Assembly (NCBI GenBank): GCA_049297675.1
Contig: JBAQUS010000011.1
Coordinates: 459-64,458, forward strand
From: Minisyncoccia bacterium
GTDB taxonomy: Bacteria; Patescibacteriota; Minisyncoccia; Phycocordibacterales; DATDWN01
Direction: 5' to 3'
DNA: 64,000 nucleotides
In this document: positions 57,594 to 64,000 of the stretch, piece by piece
Numbering within the stretch: the first letter of the stretch is position 1
How the letters are laid out: every line of letters starts with the position of its first letter
Notes under the pieces: generated by a model
The model's database searches: none
What the model saw: only the letters and a program-made list of their open reading frames with translations
Told to the model about the DNA's origin: nothing
Translations under genes and position numbers: made by a program

Positions 57594-58418
57594 TTAAAAT
57601 CTAATAAGAAATGAATTCATATTATTTAATGCTTTATAAAAAATTGTAACATGCTCATTATATTTAGAAACAGCCAACAATGCTCTGGTAGGGTCTTTTA
57701 TTGTGACCCTCAGGGCCTCAAGATCTGCAAGTAAGATACTATATGAATTGAGTAGGTTTAGATGCAAGATTGATGCCCCCTCCGGAACTTCCATTGCCAG
57801 AAAATCATCTATAAATCCCTTAGCAATGATAATAAGAGGATCCAATCTTTTTAGTGTGTTCTCATTTCCAGTTTTTACCGCCTCTTCTACAATTGTGACT
57901 GGGTTGTCCTTTATTTGAGAGGATCTGTTTTTTAGACTAGAATTAACCGACGTTTTATATTTTCTCATTGTTTCTGGGTCACTTTTACTGGTGATCTTAA
58001 GATTTTTTAGGACATAAACAGGGGCTGAAATGCTGGTATACAAAGAAGATTCGGATATACTCTCAACAATTTTGTTTACATCGTCCACTTCTACCTCCTT
58101 ACCTCCTTGTTTTGTTAACATATATTGTGAAAAAAAGTCTCTAGCAAGTTGAGCAGTCAGGGTTGTGTCGTCAAATTTATTAGGGTCTGTTTTTGTCAGA
58201 TTTGTTTCAACTTGGTCTTTCGGATCGATTTTTGTAAGCAATTTTTTCCACTCATCGTTACCATTTTCTGCAACATAAGGCCTTGATTCAACCGTTTCTA
58301 TTAATGAATCACCTGTCTCAGTGACTGAAAGATTAGTTTGGCTTCTAGAGAAAAGCCATGATGAAAAAATTAGTGAAAGGCATAAGATCATTAATGATAA
58401 TATTTTTCTACTTGGCAT
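57594..58418 (-). CDS. Secreted/lipoprotein-like hypothetical protein
   Basis: N-terminal hydrophobic segment MPSRKILSLMILCLSLIFSSWLFS. Confidence 0.5.
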   Translation of the reverse strand: MPSRKILSLMILCLSLIFSSWLFSRSQTNLSVTETGDSLIETVESRPYVAENGNDEWKKLLTKIDPKDQVETNLTKTDPNKFDDTTLTAQLARDFFSQYMLTKQGGKEVEVDDVNKIVESISESSLYTSISAPVYVLKNLKITSKSDPETMRKYKTSVNSSLKNRSSQIKDNPVTIVEEAVKTGNENTLKRLDPLIIIAKGFIDDFLAMEVPEGASILHLNLLNSYSILLADLEALRVTIKDPTRALLAVSKYNEHVTIFYKALNNMNSFLIRF

Positions 58419-58425
58419 GAGCTAA

Positions 58426-60045
58426 TTATACCACAAGACTTCTAAGTCCAACATAGACCAAACTAATAATCAACAAAAACAAGAATTGTAAAATAAAGAT
58501 TTTTCCCTCCCTATATATTTTACTTGAAACCAACTTATACCCAATAATTGAGAATGGTATGGTGATTATATATAAGAAGTAAAAATTCAAGAATATAGGG
58601 ATCAGAATGTAGCTCATAGCAAACAAGACTGCTGTTGTTTTATTACCCCACTTGGATGGTATGGTGCCCACTTCATTTCTACTATCACCGGCGACATCTT
58701 TTATATCCTTAAAGTTTATTTGTAGAGTATAGAAAATAATGATCCCGACTATCAAAAGTGTTGGAAATGTGTCTATTGTTTTATCAAACGAGACAAAATA
58801 GAATCCAGACAATGTTGCTGAAAGAATCACGAGACTTATAAGGAAAGATGATATTATTGGTAGGCTACGTAGCCTAAGTGGAGGTGCTGAGTACAAGTAT
58901 GCTACTAAAAGACCAACTAATACTAAGAAAAAACTGTAAAAACCGGCTGACCATGATCCCAAAAGTGCCATCAAAATGTGGATCAAAGCTATAGATTCCA
59001 CCTCGCTTACAGTTAGGGTGGTTTGAACTAAAGGTCTGTTTGTGTTCGATATTTTATCAATTTCCACATCATAAATATCATTTATCATTACTGAGTAAAT
59101 CCACATTCCGTACCAGGATAAAAGAAGGCAGACAATTGCCAATAGATCCACATGTCTATATACCCCATACCCTTCATAATATGCAAAACCCATTGCCATG
59201 AGAAGCGGAGACAAATAATAAACAATTCTCTCTGGACGAGAATTTTTTACAACAAGCATGAATTTTCCTGGGGTTGCTCCATAGAAAAAAAACATTGACA
59301 ATAATACAGAAAATATAAACAAAATCTGTGACATTAGTTTGTCGAAACCAAGTTGAAAGAACCTGAATGGGGATACTGAAAAAGCAGTTTCGTGGAGGGT
59401 GTTATGAAATATGTTTGAATAGATAATAAGTTTGTTTAAGTAGTTTGTGATTTCTACTCTATTTTCCCCTAACGATTGTAGATTGGTTAAGGTATAAACT
59501 AGACTTGGAATGCTTCCAATAATAAATAAAAAAATATATGACAATAACAATCCAAATATAACCGATTTAATTTTTTTTGTTTTCACAAAAATGTAATATC
59601 CTATTACCAAAAATAGTGTTATAAATTGGACTTGCATCCCCGTTGTAATTCCTCGAACTGGTTGTAATGTCAAAAATTTGAAAAAATCTAAAAATAAATC
59701 TTTTGGTAGATCATATATGTAAGACATTGTTTGTCCTCCACTAAACAAAATGTCTAGAATCGGTGCGATCCAGATGATTGGAAAAATAATAAGCACAAAT
59801 TTGCCTGCCTCAAAATATTTTTTTGTTAAAAAACCAATAATACAGCTTAGACCTAGCGCTATACATAAAAAAAATAGACCATATTGAACTAGTGTGTATG
59901 GATCAGTGGGCATCATTCTAGATGGAGCTGGACTGGATATTGATTCAAGCAAAAATCTAACGAAAAGTATAGAAACAAAACTAATCACCCAACTTTTCAG
60001 GCTGATCTCAAGCCCTTCAATTTTCTTTATAACTTCCATATTCAC
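58426..60045 (-). CDS. Membrane protein with C-terminal UbiA-family prenyltransferase domain
   Basis: NDIYDVEIDKISNTNRPL (NDxxDxxxD..RP) and second Asp-rich motif DIKDVAGD. N-terminal extra polytopic domain. Confidence 0.55.
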   Translation of the reverse strand: MNMEVIKKIEGLEISLKSWVISFVSILFVRFLLESISSPAPSRMMPTDPYTLVQYGLFFLCIALGLSCIIGFLTKKYFEAGKFVLIIFPIIWIAPILDILFSGGQTMSYIYDLPKDLFLDFFKFLTLQPVRGITTGMQVQFITLFLVIGYYIFVKTKKIKSVIFGLLLSYIFLFIIGSIPSLVYTLTNLQSLGENRVEITNYLNKLIIYSNIFHNTLHETAFSVSPFRFFQLGFDKLMSQILFIFSVLLSMFFFYGATPGKFMLVVKNSRPERIVYYLSPLLMAMGFAYYEGYGVYRHVDLLAIVCLLLSWYGMWIYSVMINDIYDVEIDKISNTNRPLVQTTLTVSEVESIALIHILMALLGSWSAGFYSFFLVLVGLLVAYLYSAPPLRLRSLPIISSFLISLVILSATLSGFYFVSFDKTIDTFPTLLIVGIIIFYTLQINFKDIKDVAGDSRNEVGTIPSKWGNKTTAVLFAMSYILIPIFLNFYFLYIITIPFSIIGYKLVSSKIYREGKIFILQFLFLLIISLVYVGLRSLVV

Positions 60046-60074
60046 TTATTATACAATAATGTTATCCGAAAATC

Positions 60075-60755
60075 CTACTTACTGTTTATATTATACCCCA
60101 CGATTTCAAGGCTAGTTTTATTATTCTGGGTTGTCCAAAACAAATAATCAGGAGTTATTATCCAGGGTATTTCTTTATTAGAGACAAGCTCTATTTTTGT
60201 TAGTTGTTTAAGTATTACGTCAGAACAGGAGGCGTTTTTTCTCTTTTCATCAAATGGACCAAATACATAATCTGGGTCATCAGCAATTTTTCTAAGATTG
60301 GACTTAATCTCACCAAATCTTTCATTGTAATTTTTTGGCCTTATCACTACAAAATTTTTCATATCCTCATCCATCCAATCACTTTCTGAAAGCTTAGAAA
60401 TCTGGATTTGATCTTTTGGTTCTAGGTGGTCTCCGAGTGCTTCGAAAAGTTCATCGTTACCCAGATATATTGCTGAATGGGTAAAATATGGATTAAGAGT
60501 TTTGCTAAACAAGTCTGAAACATTTGTTACGTATCTGCGAATAAGAATGTCTCCCGGTAGAAGCTCGCATTCAGAAAATTTTCTACATCCAGTACCGTTT
60601 TCAGAGTTATTTTCAAGTAGATAGGTGTTTATTTGCTCATAAGAAAGTCTAAAGACACTTTTATAAAATACATAACCGCTAAAAACTATAATACTAAGGC
60701 AAAATATTATAAACAGTATAACCACAATTAGAATTCTTTTTAGCCATTTTCTCAT
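60075..60755 (-). CDS. Membrane-anchored putative permuted papain-like (YiiX/NlpC-P60-like) hydrolase
   Basis: GDILIRR..THSAIYLG resembles the YiiX family signature. Weak. Confidence 0.3.
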   Translation of the reverse strand: MRKWLKRILIVVILFIIFCLSIIVFSGYVFYKSVFRLSYEQINTYLLENNSENGTGCRKFSECELLPGDILIRRYVTNVSDLFSKTLNPYFTHSAIYLGNDELFEALGDHLEPKDQIQISKLSESDWMDEDMKNFVVIRPKNYNERFGEIKSNLRKIADDPDYVFGPFDEKRKNASCSDVILKQLTKIELVSNKEIPWIITPDYLFWTTQNNKTSLEIVGYNINSK

Positions 60756-61582
60756 TATTCTATATTTTTACACAATTCTGTCCAAACTTCGAGAGGTAAA
60801 TCCTCTGCTCTTATCTTCATGGGTATTTTCAATGCTTCAAAAGCTTTTAATATTTTCTTCCTATCATATTTCTGACAAAGGTTTGAAAAAAGTTGCTTTC
60901 TCTTATGAGCAAACCCAGCATGTATCAAATCAAAAAACCTCTCTTTCCCATTTCCCAAAGGTCGGACCTTTGGGAAATGATTTACTATGTTGGATATATG
61001 CAATATTGCCGAATCGACCTTTGGTTGAGGCGCAAAAAAGGCCTTACTGACAGTCTTTACATAATTAGGTTTACCGTAAATTTTAACGGAAAGTGAAAGC
61101 AGGCTCTCCTTTTTGTCTTTTGCTACTATTCTCTCCGCTACTTCCTTTTGAACCAGAAGAGTCATTGATTCGGGTTTATTCTCCGCCTCTAAAAATTTTC
61201 TCAGAATCTGTCCAGTTATATAGTAAGGAATATTAGCCACCACCTTGTACCCTCTACCTATGCCAAGGGGCACCCTTGGCATACTGGTGTCAAAGACGAT
61301 CTTTGACAGATCAAAATTCAAGATATCTCCGTAAATTAGAGCTAATTTATTATCTTTAATTTCAGTATTAAATTTTTCAGTCAGTACTGGTATTAATCTA
61401 CTATCTTTTTCAACAGCTACAACTTTTTTTACCGTTTTGAGAAGTTCTCTTGTTAGTATTCCTTCTCCAGGACCAATCTCCAAAACTACATCTTTGAAAT
61501 CAGTTTTGCTAGCCCCAACTATATCCTCAGCTATTTTTTGAGAATTCAGAAAGTTTTGTCCTAAGGATTTTTTATGCTCCAT
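60755..61582 (-). CDS. rsmA: 16S rRNA (adenine1518/1519-N6)-dimethyltransferase
   Basis: N-terminus MEHKKSLGQNFL. SAM motif VLEIGPGEGILT. Confidence 0.85.
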   Translation of the reverse strand: MEHKKSLGQNFLNSQKIAEDIVGASKTDFKDVVLEIGPGEGILTRELLKTVKKVVAVEKDSRLIPVLTEKFNTEIKDNKLALIYGDILNFDLSKIVFDTSMPRVPLGIGRGYKVVANIPYYITGQILRKFLEAENKPESMTLLVQKEVAERIVAKDKKESLLSLSVKIYGKPNYVKTVSKAFFAPQPKVDSAILHISNIVNHFPKVRPLGNGKERFFDLIHAGFAHKRKQLFSNLCQKYDRKKILKAFEALKIPMKIRAEDLPLEVWTELCKNIE

Positions 61583-61583
61583 T

Positions 61584-63560
61584 TTAATAGTTTATTGTTT
61601 TTTCACTCTCACTATAACTCTCTGATTCTAGATATTTTTCGGGAATATCGTATATAAACTCAGAAGGCGAATTTACTTGTAGAGAGCCAAATATAGTACG
61701 AGTAACAGCATGTGTCAAAAAAAGTTTTTTACCTGCTCGAGTAACTGCAACATAAAATAACCTTCTTTCTTCTTCACTATCTTCCCCTGATTTTTTACCC
61801 TGACTCAATTTTTTATGCGGGAAAAGATCACTTTCTAGTCCAGAAATAAAAACATAATCAAACTCTAGTCCCTTGGATGAGTGGACAGTCATAAGTTTCA
61901 CCCCGTTTTTTTTACCATCGATTGAATCTTGGTCTGAAAACAGGGCAATATCTGTTAAAAATTTTTCCAAAGCCTCTTCCGGCAGATACTCGTCGTAAGA
62001 ACTAGCAAGAGTTACAAGTTCCATAGTGTTTTCTAGTCTATCCATATCCTCTTCTAAACCGGTGTTATACATCTCTTCTATTCCAGAAGATTTCACAATC
62101 TGTCTTAAGGCCTCCGAAGGTTTTAAAGAGAGCAGTAAATCTCTAAAACCTATCAATAGTTTTCTGAAATTATCCAACTTTATTTTCATAGATAACGGCA
62201 GTTCCTCTTCTTTTCCTCCGATTATTTTTTGTAGGGTAGTTTTACCTATTCCTCTTGGTGGTATGTTTATTATTCGACTAAAGTCTGAGAGATTTTCTGA
62301 ATCTAGTGATGCTCTAACAAAACTTATAAGGTCTTTAACTTCCTTTCTTTCAAAAAATTTTGTCCCGACCATTTGATATGGGATGTTAAGGGAGAGGAAG
62401 GCATCCTCCAAAACTCTTGATTGAAAGTTTGCTCTATATAATACGGCAATGTTTTCGCTGTCTGCTCCTTTCTCGATTAACTTTTTAGCTTTTAGGGCAA
62501 TAAAAAATGCTTCATCGGACTCATCTCTGGCTGAAAATAGGCCAATTTTCTCCCCCACATGGTTTTCAGTAAATAGTTTCTTGGGGATACGGAAATTATT
62601 TTTTTCTATTATCTCATTGGCGACCGAGAGAATGTTTTTTGTTGATCTATAGTTTTGTTCAAGGAAAAAAGTTTTTACCTCAGGATATTTTTTCTCAAAA
62701 TTCAACATATTTTTTATTTCCGCTCCTCTCCACGAGTACACACACTGATCCGAGTCTCCCACAACACAAATATTTCTGCTTTTTTGGGCTAAAAGATTAA
62801 CTATTTCGTTCTGAACTCTGTTTGTGTCTTGGTATTCGTCAACATGAACATACAAAAATCTATTTTGATATTTCCCTAATATATCCCCATGTGAGAGAAA
62901 AAGCTTGAGGGTTTTGAGGAGTAAATCATCAAAGTCTAGAGCCTTCTCTTTTCTTAATATCTCTTCATATTTTTCCCATGCTTTCTTTACCACTTCTGAC
63001 GTAAAATCAAAAGCTCCGTTTTCCATGTACTCTCCCATAGTTGTTCCCCGACTCTTTTCTTTAGAGATTATGTGACTAACCTTTTCTATATGTTCCTTTG
63101 GGTCTAGGCCAAGAGTGTTCAGAGCATCTTTTAGTGCTTTTTTTGTGTCTTGCTTGTCAAAAATTTTAAAATGCCTTGGCAGTTTAAGAAGCTCTGCGTT
63201 CTCCTTCAGAATTTGCACACCGAGAGCGTGAAATGTGCTAACAAAAGGTGTTCCATTTATTCTTCCCCCACCCCGATTTTCCTCCTGCAGTAAGTGAAAT
63301 ATCCTCTCTTTCATTTCTTTTGCCGCTTTGTTTGTAAAAGTAATAGCTAAAATATTCTCAGGTTCTATCCCACTCAAAATAAGATGAAGAATTCTATGTG
63401 TTAAGGTTTTTGTCTTTCCCGCACCGGCACCTGCCACTATTAAGACCGGTCCTTCTGTACAAAGCACGGCTTCTTTTTGCTCCTTGTTAAGAGTTTTCAA
63501 GTAATCCATTCGAGAAAGTATAGCACGCTCACTATATATTGATTTATTTTGCACTTTCAC
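61584..63560 (-). CDS. uvrD: UvrD/PcrA-family ATP-dependent DNA helicase
   Basis: LNKEQKEAVLCTEGPVLIVAGAGAGKTKTLTHRILHLI (motif I). Further SF1 motifs. Confidence 0.85.
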   Translation of the reverse strand: MKVQNKSIYSERAILSRMDYLKTLNKEQKEAVLCTEGPVLIVAGAGAGKTKTLTHRILHLILSGIEPENILAITFTNKAAKEMKERIFHLLQEENRGGGRINGTPFVSTFHALGVQILKENAELLKLPRHFKIFDKQDTKKALKDALNTLGLDPKEHIEKVSHIISKEKSRGTTMGEYMENGAFDFTSEVVKKAWEKYEEILRKEKALDFDDLLLKTLKLFLSHGDILGKYQNRFLYVHVDEYQDTNRVQNEIVNLLAQKSRNICVVGDSDQCVYSWRGAEIKNMLNFEKKYPEVKTFFLEQNYRSTKNILSVANEIIEKNNFRIPKKLFTENHVGEKIGLFSARDESDEAFFIALKAKKLIEKGADSENIAVLYRANFQSRVLEDAFLSLNIPYQMVGTKFFERKEVKDLISFVRASLDSENLSDFSRIINIPPRGIGKTTLQKIIGGKEEELPLSMKIKLDNFRKLLIGFRDLLLSLKPSEALRQIVKSSGIEEMYNTGLEEDMDRLENTMELVTLASSYDEYLPEEALEKFLTDIALFSDQDSIDGKKNGVKLMTVHSSKGLEFDYVFISGLESDLFPHKKLSQGKKSGEDSEEERRLFYVAVTRAGKKLFLTHAVTRTIFGSLQVNSPSEFIYDIPEKYLESESYSESEKTINY

Positions 63561-63753
63561 ATTTTCTATGTCCTGTGTGTAACTCCTATTGACCTGAATT
63601 TGTAAGTCTATATAATGAACCCATACGGTAAGGTACAGTGGTTATATGGCTTAACAGAGCCAAATAATAGTCGGAAATCAAGAATATACGTTAAAATTTA
63701 ACTTATTTTGGGTCTTCTACAAGATCCGCGTTTTCTTTCAGGTCTTAAAAGCA

Positions 63754-64000
63754 TGATTCGGCTTCTTCTTCTGAAGTTCCGTGTTATGGGATCTCTAAAG
63801 AACGTGGTGAACAAACGTCAGACTTTAAGAAAAATGGCTATTTTGCCTGCTATTTTGCTTTATATCGTAACTCCAGTTTATGTAAGTGCCAGTGTTATTT
63901 CATATCTATTTGAACTCTTTAGTAGTGAAAAAGTTTTAGCAGAGGAAGTAATATCAAATTCCCAGAACATACCGTTGCTTTATGCTGAAATCTCACCTCT
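63754..64000 (+). CDS. Partial ORF (runs off window), membrane-like N-terminus
   Basis: MIRLLLLKFRV.. then hydrophobic AILPAILLYIVTPVYVSASVISYLF. No stop before the window end. Confidence 0.25.

Overview
This 64-kb window has low GC (roughly mid-30s %) and a gene content that suggests a reduced-genome bacterium, possibly CPR/Patescibacteria-like; that assignment is inference only. Four regions stand out.

(1) Left end, 1..9211: an island with visibly higher GC. It carries a large serine recombinase whose 3' end reads into a tRNA-Lys(UUU) gene. It also carries an XRE-type HTH controller, a Type III Mod methyltransferase and a Res helicase-nuclease. It ends in a PHP-phosphoesterase/SMC-like ABC ATPase fusion gene. 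That last gene is absent from the supplied ORF track because it runs off the window start without a stop codon.

(2) 9929..15119: a cluster of secreted or surface proteins with shared internal repeat motifs and a peptidoglycan-binding domain.

(3) Core genes: holA, polA, tsaE, pilB/gspE, ruvB, yebC-like, ruvC, lepA, murJ, gatB, obg, tyrS, a class A PBP, dnaN, dnaA, rpmH, rnpA, yidC, ksgA and uvrD/pcrA. The dnaA/dnaN and rpmH-rnpA-yidC arrangement marks the likely replication origin at about 39.7..41.4 kb.

(4) 44125..57581: a minus-strand type IV secretion/conjugation-like cluster. It has a VirB2-like pilin-domain protein, a VirB3-like small membrane protein, a VirB6-like membrane protein, and a VirB4-like ATPase that is apparently split into two ORFs. 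The P-loop of that ATPase is interrupted by a 663-aa intein with LAGLIDADG homing-endonuclease motifs.

Other non-coding features: a family of about 135-bp palindromic MITE-like repeats (three full copies and one 50-bp miniature); a separate 167-bp MITE-like element with 26-bp perfect terminal inverted repeats and a 7-bp direct repeat; a promoter consensus reused upstream of several genes; and a structured RNA of about 425 nt that I interpret as RNase P RNA (rnpB) on the minus strand. No rRNA genes or CRISPR arrays were seen. All coordinates come from reading the sequence by eye. No database searches were run, so family assignments rest on recognisable motifs only.
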